From an uncultured Chloroflexia bacterium (GTDB lineage Bacteria; Chloroflexota; Dehalococcoidia; DSTF01; JALHUB01), in NCBI GenBank assembly GCA_963703345.1, contig OY969814.1:2176001-2240000 (forward strand): a DNA stretch of 64,000 nt. Reading direction: 5' to 3'. The position numbers were made by a program, and so were the translations under genes. Shown piece by piece: positions 20,285-28,367 of this stretch. Positions within the stretch are counted from its first letter, which is position 1; each line of letters begins with the position of its first letter. The notes beneath the pieces were generated by a model. That model worked only from the letters and a program-made list of their open reading frames with translations. It did no database searches and was not told where the DNA came from.

Positions 20285-21583
20285 ATGAGGGCGCAAACGA
20301 GCGACAGGCGGCGGTTCTGGTCGGATATCCGCTTTCCGCCGCGCGACCAGCTCGGCCGCTACGTGCTGCTGAACGTCTACGGCGCGCCGCTCTCCGCCCT
20401 CTGGGCCGGCCTGAACACGATAGTCGCGCCCTACGCCGTCGAGAGGCTGGTGCCGGCCGGCGAGAAGAATACGTACCTTGGGTTGCTGCTTTTCTTCGGG
20501 CTGGGAGTCGCGGTCGTGACGCAGCCTTTCGCCGGGTCGCTGAGCGATGGCTACGGCTCGCGCTTCGGGCGGCGACGGCCCTTCATCCTCGGCTCGGCGG
20601 TCCTCGACGGCGTGTGCATCGTTCTCTTCGGGCTGGCGTTCAACTTCTGGTTTGCCTTCGTCGCCTACGCCCTCCTCCAGGTCGTCTCGAACTTCGGCCA
20701 GGCCGCATACCAGGCGCTGGTCCCTGACTTCGCTCCGCCGGCGGAAAGGGGCGTGGCGTCCGGCGCCAAGCAGGCGGTAGAGGTCGCTGGGACGGTCGTC
20801 GGGCTGGCGGTAGCCGGCGTCTTCACGACGATCGACGTCCCATGGGGCGCCTATGCCGGGCTGATCCTCCTGCTGCTGGTCGGAGCCTTCACGGTCTTCC
20901 GTCGCCTGCCGGAAGCGCCGAGCGTCGGGCGGCCGATCTTGGAGGGCATTCGGAGCGCCAACTATCGAGCCTTCTTCTACGACGCGCGGGCCAACGTCCG
21001 TTTCACGCGACTGCTGGCGGCGCGCTTCCTCTTCTTCCTCGGCTTCGTGTCAATACAGCGCTTCCTGCGCAACTTCCTCTCCGACGTCTTCCACCTGTCG
21101 AGCCCGGGCGCCTGGGCGGCGGGCATTCTCGTGCTGGCGACGGTCGTCGGGATCGTGGGAGCGCTGCTGGCGGGAAGCGCGGTCGACCGGCTGGGACGGC
21201 GGAAGGTGGCGCTATTCGCGGCGCTGGTCGCAGCCGTGTACCTGGTGCCCATCGGCGTCTTCCCGAACCTATGGCTGATGCTGGCGCTGGGGGCGATCCT
21301 CGGGCTGGCGGGAGGGGCTTACACGGCGGCGACGTGGGCCTTCCTGGCGGACGAGATGCCGCGCGGCGAAAGCGCCCGCTTCTACGGTATCGCCAACTAC
21401 GCGACGGCTGGCGCGGGCGCGCTGGGGGCCGGCATCTTCGGCGTGATGATCGACGTGCTGAACGGCTGGAAGTATATTGCGGGCTACCGGGCGCTCATCC
21501 TCATCGCCTCCGCGCTGCTCGTCCTCAGCCTGCCGCTCCTGCCGAAGGAGAGGCCGCTTCAAGACGCGGAGGCGAGCGGGTAG
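20285..21583 (+). CDS. MFS transporter
   Basis: GSLSDGYGSRFGRRRP and GSAVDRLGRRK (MFS motif A); 12 TM helices. Confidence 0.9.
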   Translation: MRAQTSDRRRFWSDIRFPPRDQLGRYVLLNVYGAPLSALWAGLNTIVAPYAVERLVPAGEKNTYLGLLLFFGLGVAVVTQPFAGSLSDGYGSRFGRRRPFILGSAVLDGVCIVLFGLAFNFWFAFVAYALLQVVSNFGQAAYQALVPDFAPPAERGVASGAKQAVEVAGTVVGLAVAGVFTTIDVPWGAYAGLILLLLVGAFTVFRRLPEAPSVGRPILEGIRSANYRAFFYDARANVRFTRLLAARFLFFLGFVSIQRFLRNFLSDVFHLSSPGAWAAGILVLATVVGIVGALLAGSAVDRLGRRKVALFAALVAAVYLVPIGVFPNLWLMLALGAILGLAGGAYTAATWAFLADEMPRGESARFYGIANYATAGAGALGAGIFGVMIDVLNGWKYIAGYRALILIASALLVLSLPLLPKERPLQDAEASG

Positions 21584-21598
21584 GCCGGACGGAGCGCC

Positions 21599-22414
21599 TC
21601 AGGAGGAAGTCTTCACGTCTTTCTCGACGAGGGAGCGCTCGATGGCGGCGGCGTAGACGCCCCAGCACTCGCGCGGGAGCAACCTCCCTACCGCGATCAT
21701 CGATTCCTCACGCGCCCTGCGGTCCGCTTCCTCGCGCGACATCCCATGATCGAGCGACAGCCGGAACGGCTCGCCGATGCGGAGCACCAACGTCGACCCT
21801 TCCTCGAACACGGCCAGCGGGTAAAGAGAGTAGCCGTGGCGCGAGAGCGTCGCCAGGAAGAGGCCGTTCCCCGGCGGCGGCTCGATGAGGACGCCGGAGC
21901 CCGCCGCTTCCGGCGTGATGCCGACAGGCCCGCCTTTCAGCGCCAGGAGGACGCGTCGCAGCGATGAGGCGCGCCCCATCACCAGCTCCGGACGTCGCGG
22001 CAGGACGACGAAATCGTAGATGAGGCCGACGCGGGCAAATACCCAGCGGGTGAGAGAGACGGGTACGCTCATCGGCCCGATGCGCCGTCCATACCACTCG
22101 CTGGTGAGCAGCCAGCTCAGCTCTTTGCGGCCGGGCCGTCGTTCCGCGACGGCCGTGCTCACCGCCATAGCGGCGTGGTAGGTGTTCAGGCCGGAGCGGT
22201 TGAAATGGTTCATGACGATGACGAACGAGGAGTCTTTCGGCAACCGGTCGAAACCCTCGAAGCGGCGCGGATAAGGGCTGTTGGCCATCACGAGGGCCGA
22301 ATCGTGCGCGAAGGAGCGCCGCCGCCCAAAGAGGAGGTCGAGGGCGAAAGGCAGGAGCGGCGCCTTGGGGAAGGAATACTTGGGGCGCTCCGAAGTGCCT
22401 TCTTTACGGTCCAT
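21599..22414 (-). CDS. Hypothetical protein, glycerolipid acyltransferase (LPLAT)-like fold with degenerate motifs
   Basis: EGFDRLP...VIVMNH, GITPEA and LRIGEPF resemble acyltransferase blocks, but the HX4D Asp is absent. Confidence 0.55.
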   Translation of the reverse strand: MDRKEGTSERPKYSFPKAPLLPFALDLLFGRRRSFAHDSALVMANSPYPRRFEGFDRLPKDSSFVIVMNHFNRSGLNTYHAAMAVSTAVAERRPGRKELSWLLTSEWYGRRIGPMSVPVSLTRWVFARVGLIYDFVVLPRRPELVMGRASSLRRVLLALKGGPVGITPEAAGSGVLIEPPPGNGLFLATLSRHGYSLYPLAVFEEGSTLVLRIGEPFRLSLDHGMSREEADRRAREESMIAVGRLLPRECWGVYAAAIERSLVEKDVKTSS

Positions 22415-22692
22415 TACTGCTTCTACCATCCTCCACCTCGCGGCCGCCCATCTCACGAAAAAATTCCAGGCGGCCCGAGCGCCAACAAGACGCCGACCTG
22501 TTGCCGGGCCGGCGTTCGCATCGTCGCCCCCATCGCGCCGTAGCCACCATCCAGCCTAGCCGAGCTTCAGCGTGAGATCAACGAGCGCGGGAGGCGCCTT
22601 CGTTCGCCTCGTGGTATCATACGCAAGGAAAGAAAGGCCATCGTCCTCTCGCGGGCGGAAGCCCCGCCCGAGAGGTCCTTAGGAGAGGGACC

Positions 22693-23613
22693 ATGACCAG
22701 CCCAAGCAGACTGGAGAGTCTGCCCCAAGCCCTGCATCGTCGCTTCGAGCTCACCATATTCGACTGGGATGGCACCGCCGTGCCCGACCGCCGGACCCCC
22801 GTGCCCGAGCTGAACCGCGCCCTGGAAGCGCTCCTCCTCCGCGGGGTCTGGATAGCGCCGGTGACCGGCACGAAGGTCGAGAACCTGGAGAACCAGTCGC
22901 TTCTACTGCTCTCGCCCGAGGCGCGGTCGAAGAACCTCATCGTCTGCACGAACCGCGGCTCCGAAGTCTGGTCCTACGACGCGGCAGGCGTCCGCCGCCA
23001 GGTCTACGGCCGGGTCGCCACCGACGTCGAAGAGCAGCAACTGACCGCGGCCGCCGAAGAGCTCCACCGAGAGCTACGGGCGAGGGGGCTGGAGACGGAG
23101 ATAATCTACAAGCGATTGAACCGTCGGAAGGTGGACTTGATCCCCCTTCCCGAGTGGGCCGACCCGCCGAAGGCGAAGATAGGCAACCTCATCGCCGCCA
23201 CGCGCCAGCGGGTCCGCGCCGCAGGCTTCAGCGAGATCGGCGACGTGATACTCCTCGCCGCCGATCTCGCCCGCGCCGCCGGACTGTCGCAGCCGCGCAT
23301 CACCAGCGACGGCAAATACGTAGAGGTGGGCCTGACGGACAAGGGCGATTCGGTCGCCTGGCTGTTCGAGAACGTGGCGCGGGGAAACGGTATCGATGAC
23401 GAGGACGTGCTTATCGCCGGCGACGAGTTCGGAGACGTCGGCGGGTTTTCTGGCAGCGACGCGCGCATGCTTATTCCCGAGGCCCGGAACGCCGTCTTCA
23501 TCTCCGTCGGCCCGGAGCCGTCGGGCGTGCCCGCGCCGGTCATCAAGGTCGATGGCGGCCCTAGAACATTTGCGGAGATACTTCAGTGGCAGTCGACACT
23601 ACCAAAGAGCTGA
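22693..23613 (+). CDS. HAD-superfamily phosphatase (subfamily II-like)
   Basis: IFDWDGT (motif I), VTGT, DKGD and AGDEF...SD (motif IV). Confidence 0.8.
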   Translation: MTSPSRLESLPQALHRRFELTIFDWDGTAVPDRRTPVPELNRALEALLLRGVWIAPVTGTKVENLENQSLLLLSPEARSKNLIVCTNRGSEVWSYDAAGVRRQVYGRVATDVEEQQLTAAAEELHRELRARGLETEIIYKRLNRRKVDLIPLPEWADPPKAKIGNLIAATRQRVRAAGFSEIGDVILLAADLARAAGLSQPRITSDGKYVEVGLTDKGDSVAWLFENVARGNGIDDEDVLIAGDEFGDVGGFSGSDARMLIPEARNAVFISVGPEPSGVPAPVIKVDGGPRTFAEILQWQSTLPKS

Positions 23614-25838
23614 TGGCGGGCGAAGAGGAGACCTGGGCGCTCGTCTCCGACGGATTCGATCCGCTCAACGAGCGAGGCGCTGAGGCCGTCTTCGCGGTCG
23701 CCAACGGCTTCTTCGGCATCCGCGCGGCGCTGGAAGAGGGGAATCCGGCGTCGAACCCGATGATCATCGTCGCCGGCACCTTCGTGCCCACCTCGGGGCC
23801 GGCGGGACAGACGCTGCTGACGCTCCCCGACCCTTCCACGCTGTTCGTCAGCGCTGAGATGATCAACTTCAGCATGTCCAGCGTGCGCACCAACTCCCAT
23901 TCTCGAAAGCTGGACATGCGCGAGGCCACGCTGCACCGCTCGTGGTCGTTCACCGATCGCCACGGCCGCTCCTGGCTGTGGCGCTCCCAGCGCCTCGCAT
24001 GTGCGGCGCAACCGGAGGTCTATCTCTACCGGCTCGTCCTGTCGCTGGAGAAGGGCGAACGGCCGGAGAGAATCGTCGTTGCTCTGCCGAACGCCGCAGA
24101 GAAGGCCCCCATGCGATGGCCCGGCCAAGAAGACACACCGCTGGCTCGAGAGCCCATGACTTGGACGAAGACGCGGCTCTTCGTGGGCGGAGAGCCGGCG
24201 CGGCTAGCGAACTCATCGATAGCGGCCGAGGTGAAGCCCGACCAACCGCTCGTGCTCGACCTGGTGAGCGAGATCGTCCCGAGGGATCGGCTTCTGGATC
24301 AGAGAGACGGCATTTCCTGGCGGAAGCTGGCGGACGAGCACAAACAGGTGTGGGAGGACCGCTGGTCGCTGGCCGACAGCAGGATCAAGGGGGACGATAG
24401 ACTCCAACAGTCGATAAGATTCGCCACCTACCATTTGCTCTCCTCCGCCACCGTTAACGACGGCCTCAGCTCCATCGGCCCCCGCGATCTGTCCGGCATC
24501 GCCTATCACGGGCACGTCTTTTGGGATACGGAGCTCTTCATCCTTCCCTTCCTGTCGCTCCTGTGGCCGGAAGCGGCTCGCTCCTGCCTGCTCTATCGCT
24601 ACCGCACGCTCGATGCCGCCCGCCGCCGGGCGAAGTCGTTCGGCTACCGCGGCGCAATGTACGCCTGGGAGTCAACGGACACCGGCGAGGACCGGACGCC
24701 CGACTTCGTCGCCCTTCCCGACGGCTCGGCGGTGCGCGTTCTGAACGGCGAGCAGGAGAACCACGTAACTTCCGCCGTCGCCTATGCCATCGTCCAGTAC
24801 TGGCGGGCGACCGGTGACGACGACTTCATGCGCGACTTCGGCGGCGAGGTCCTCTTCGAATGCGCCCGCTTCTGGCAAAGCCGCGTCTCGCCCTCGGACC
24901 ACCTGTATTCGATTCGACGCGTTATCGGCCCCGACGAGTATCACGAGGGCGTCGACAACAACGCCTACACGAACGCGATGGCCCGCTGGACGCTCCTGGA
25001 AGCGGAATCGTACGCGACGAAGCTGCGGGAGTCGGACCCCGAGGCGGCGGAGTCGCTGATGCGACGGCTTCGCATCAAAGCCAACGAGCCCCAGGAGTGG
25101 CGGCGCGTCGGCGAGCGGATCAAGCGCAGCACCTTCCTCAAGGACGAGTTGGTGGAGCAGTTCGACGGCTTCTTCAGCCTGCAGCCGGTCGACGTCGCCT
25201 CCTACCTCAGGGCGGGCGTGCCGCTGGACATCGCCGTCGGGCACGACGCCGTGCAGCGGATGCGCGCCGTCAAGCAGGCGGACGTCCTGATGGCGATACG
25301 CCTGCTGCCGGAGCTGTGGACCGAGGCAGCGGTGCGCAAGACCGTCGCCTACTATGAGCCGATCACCGCCCACACCAGCTCGCTCAGCCCGCCGATCCAT
25401 TCCCTCATCGCCGCCTGGATCCGTGACGACGCTCTCTGCCGCAAGTATCTGGACCAGTCGATCGGAATCGACATGGTGCCACCGTACAGAGGAGCTGCCG
25501 GCGGCGTGCGAATCGGCTCGCTGGGAGCGCTCCGGCAGGCGATAGCGTTCGGCCTGGCCGGGCTGAAATTCGACGCCGACAGCATCGGTTTCGATCCCTT
25601 CCTGCCCAGCGGCACCGACAATCTCGAGTACTCCTTCCTCTGGCAAAAGCGCCGCGTCGACGTCAGGATCGGCGCCAACTCGGTGATGGACGTGAAGATC
25701 GAAGGGACGCCGGCACGTGTGCGCGTGAACATGGAGGAGCGCGTCATTGAACCCGGCAACTGGCAGTCTTTCAGCTACGACCCCGCCGTCACCTTCTGGT
25801 CGGCCATCGGCAGAAAGGGAGACTCCGATGTTACTTGA
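23586..25838 (+). CDS. Glycoside hydrolase family 65 (alpha-glucobiose phosphorylase/hydrolase)
   Basis: ANGFFGIR, YHGHVFWDTE, GAMYAWES, GPDEYHE (catalytic Glu), KQAD and SSLS. Confidence 0.92.
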   Translation: MAVDTTKELMAGEEETWALVSDGFDPLNERGAEAVFAVANGFFGIRAALEEGNPASNPMIIVAGTFVPTSGPAGQTLLTLPDPSTLFVSAEMINFSMSSVRTNSHSRKLDMREATLHRSWSFTDRHGRSWLWRSQRLACAAQPEVYLYRLVLSLEKGERPERIVVALPNAAEKAPMRWPGQEDTPLAREPMTWTKTRLFVGGEPARLANSSIAAEVKPDQPLVLDLVSEIVPRDRLLDQRDGISWRKLADEHKQVWEDRWSLADSRIKGDDRLQQSIRFATYHLLSSATVNDGLSSIGPRDLSGIAYHGHVFWDTELFILPFLSLLWPEAARSCLLYRYRTLDAARRRAKSFGYRGAMYAWESTDTGEDRTPDFVALPDGSAVRVLNGEQENHVTSAVAYAIVQYWRATGDDDFMRDFGGEVLFECARFWQSRVSPSDHLYSIRRVIGPDEYHEGVDNNAYTNAMARWTLLEAESYATKLRESDPEAAESLMRRLRIKANEPQEWRRVGERIKRSTFLKDELVEQFDGFFSLQPVDVASYLRAGVPLDIAVGHDAVQRMRAVKQADVLMAIRLLPELWTEAAVRKTVAYYEPITAHTSSLSPPIHSLIAAWIRDDALCRKYLDQSIGIDMVPPYRGAAGGVRIGSLGALRQAIAFGLAGLKFDADSIGFDPFLPSGTDNLEYSFLWQKRRVDVRIGANSVMDVKIEGTPARVRVNMEERVIEPGNWQSFSYDPAVTFWSAIGRKGDSDVT

Positions 25839-26748
25839 GACTGCGCCGCTGCTGGTCCCGCTGGACGGGTCCATGCCGGCAGAGAAAGCGCTGCGGGTAG
25901 CGGAGGCGATTGCTGAGTTACAGGAGAACGATATCCAGGTGCTCTACGTGTCGCCGCGGCCGCTGACCGCAGCGGAGACGGCGGCGCGCCTGAACCTCGG
26001 CGACGAGTGGCGGATGCAGATCACCCTAATCAACGCCGTCGGCGAGCCGGCTGAGACGATCCGGCGCATTGCCTGGGAGATTCACGCTGGGGCCATTCTG
26101 ATGTCCAGCCACGGCGAGGGCGGCAACCTGGAGGAGTCGGCAGGTCACGTCACTCTGCACGTCCTGCAAAATCCGCCCTGTCCGGTCTTCGTCCTGCGCT
26201 CCGCGCTCGATGCCGGCACGCAGGTACACCGTTTGCAGCACCTGCGTCGCATCCTCGTCCCGCTCGACGGCAACTTCGAGTCGACGCTGTCGGTGGAGGA
26301 AGCGTGCATGCTCGCATCGCGCTCCAATGCGCGGCTGCTGATGCTTCACATCGTCGACTCCAGTCCGGAGACGGCGCGGGCTCCCGCTTCGCCGGTCTTC
26401 CTCGATGATCCGCGCCACGAGCTCGAAGCGTGGCAGGACGAGTTCTTGCGCAGCAGCTTCGCTCTCGCCGGCATGCCGCGAAACGCCAACATGGTTGTCG
26501 CCCTGCGCGTCGGCGACCCCGGCGAGGAGATCGTTCGCTACGCCGCCGAGTCCGACTGCGACCTGCTCATCGCTTCGTGGAAGGGCCGTCTCTCTCCCGG
26601 ACGGGCGCGGGTCGTGCAGATGCTGCTTGAGCGGGCGACCTATCCGCTGCTCTTCGTCGTCAGCCGGGTTTCGAACGGCGAGACCGCCAACCACGCGCTG
26701 CCCCTCGTCGACGAGGTGCGTCAGTCGCGGGTAGATCGAATCGCTTAG
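25828..26748 (+). CDS. Tandem universal stress protein
   Basis: Two LVPLDG units, GEPAETI / GDPGEEI, MSSHG and PCPVFVL. Confidence 0.85.
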   Translation: MLLETAPLLVPLDGSMPAEKALRVAEAIAELQENDIQVLYVSPRPLTAAETAARLNLGDEWRMQITLINAVGEPAETIRRIAWEIHAGAILMSSHGEGGNLEESAGHVTLHVLQNPPCPVFVLRSALDAGTQVHRLQHLRRILVPLDGNFESTLSVEEACMLASRSNARLLMLHIVDSSPETARAPASPVFLDDPRHELEAWQDEFLRSSFALAGMPRNANMVVALRVGDPGEEIVRYAAESDCDLLIASWKGRLSPGRARVVQMLLERATYPLLFVVSRVSNGETANHALPLVDEVRQSRVDRIA

Positions 26749-26762
26749 CAAGGAGGGACCCT

Positions 26763-27275
26763 ATGCTCAGTGACGACATGCAGCAGAGGCTGAACGCCCA
26801 GCTCAACGCCGAGCTGTACTCGGCTTACCTCTACCTCTCGATGAGCGCCTACTTCGAGTCGCTGGACCTCGACGGCTTCGCCAACTGGATGCGCGTGCAG
26901 TTCCAGGAAGAGCAGATGCACGGCCTCAAGATCTTCGACTTCATAAGCAGTCGCGGCGGCCGCGTCGTCCTGGCGCCGATTGACGGGCCGGCGACGGAGT
27001 GGCAATCGCCGGAGCACGCCTTCGCCGAGGTGTACCGACACGAGCAGAAGGTGACCGGGCTCATCAACGCCCTCGCCAGCGCCGCCGCCGCCGAGCCGGA
27101 CCACGCGACCGGCACGTTCCTGCAGTGGTTTGTCAACGAGCAGGTGGAGGAAGAGGAGTCGGCGAACCGGATCCTGCGCAACCTGAAGCTCATCGGCAGC
27201 GACGGCGCCGGTCTGCTTATGCTGGACCGCGAGCTGGCCCTACGGGTGTTCGTCCCACCGCCCGTCCAAGCCTGA
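26763..27275 (+). CDS. ftnA: Non-heme ferritin
   Basis: LNAQLNAELYSAYLYLSMSAYF, EEQMH, HEQKVT and FLQWFVNEQVEEE ferroxidase residues. Confidence 0.93.
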   Translation: MLSDDMQQRLNAQLNAELYSAYLYLSMSAYFESLDLDGFANWMRVQFQEEQMHGLKIFDFISSRGGRVVLAPIDGPATEWQSPEHAFAEVYRHEQKVTGLINALASAAAAEPDHATGTFLQWFVNEQVEEEESANRILRNLKLIGSDGAGLLMLDRELALRVFVPPPVQA

Positions 27276-27353
27276 AGACGGGCAGGTGGGCTGACACAGC
27301 ACCTGCTTCGCCGCCCATCCGAGGAGCCGTCCATTCTCCTTTGAGCGCATGCC

Positions 27354-28223
27354 ATGGCCGAAAACAAGACAATGCCAAGATGGGCTGCAGAGCCGTTTTT
27401 CCGCCTTGCCGATCACCTAAAGCAGGCTTCCCAACTCATCATACTGTCCATTAAGGGAATATCCGCTCTCGCAGCCACGCCGCAGGCCCTTCGCGACTTA
27501 GCTGCCCAAGAGCCTCCCTCAGACGCCGTGCCCGATCAAGCACACCCTGACTCCACGCAGAACCTCGCACAACTCGCCCAGACTGAGGTCAACACCGGTT
27601 TTCCCCTACTCTGCGCCCAAGCAACCATCTCCCTTTGGGCGGACTTAGAGAACGGCCTCCGCACTTTCCTCGCCGCGTGGTTCCGTCACGAGCGCAGCGC
27701 CAAGACTATCGAGCCGATCCAAAAGTTGAAGGTCTCCTTGGGCCGATACGAAGCGATGGACTCCGACGAACGTTCCCACTACATCATTGACCGGCTGGAA
27801 CAAGAAATGGAACCACGCAGTCGCCGTGGCATCGACAGATTCGAGTCGCTTTTCACGGCCTTCGGCTTCGAAACCACCCTTGACGAGCGCTTGAAGAGAG
27901 ATCTTCTTGAGCTCTACTTTGTCCGCAATGTCCTCGTTCACCGCAGGGGCATCGCAGATCGCACATTCATCCAATCGTGCCCCTGGCTCCCCCTCTCTGT
28001 CGGAGACCAAATCACCATAACGCCCCAACTGTACAAGAAGTATATGCACGCCGTGACCGCCTACGTGGTCGAGCTCCTTGTCCGTGTCGGCGCCCGGTTC
28101 GGCTTCGCCCGCTCTGATGTCACCAGCGACCCCCCCGGTTACCGGCCCAATGAAGCCTCGCTGACGTCGGCTTCCTCGTCTAATCCAGTGAAGGCCGTCG
28201 CGAAAGATCGCTCCGGCCCGTGA
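27354..28223 (+). CDS. Hypothetical protein with HEPN-type RxxxxH motif
   Basis: All-helical-looking protein with upstream LWADLE and VRNVLVHRRG. Visibly lower GC than its neighbours. Confidence 0.6.
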   Translation: MAENKTMPRWAAEPFFRLADHLKQASQLIILSIKGISALAATPQALRDLAAQEPPSDAVPDQAHPDSTQNLAQLAQTEVNTGFPLLCAQATISLWADLENGLRTFLAAWFRHERSAKTIEPIQKLKVSLGRYEAMDSDERSHYIIDRLEQEMEPRSRRGIDRFESLFTAFGFETTLDERLKRDLLELYFVRNVLVHRRGIADRTFIQSCPWLPLSVGDQITITPQLYKKYMHAVTAYVVELLVRVGARFGFARSDVTSDPPGYRPNEASLTSASSSNPVKAVAKDRSGP

Positions 28224-28367
28224 AAGGCTGGCCTGGCCCGCCCTCGCTCTTGCCCCTACCATTGGCGGCCCGTATTCTATGGCTACCACGTCCTCGGCCC
28301 GGGATTCCGTTCGTGAGCCCGCTTTCGCCGAGGCGTTTCGTCGCGTCCGTCGCCCTGCGAGAAAGCC

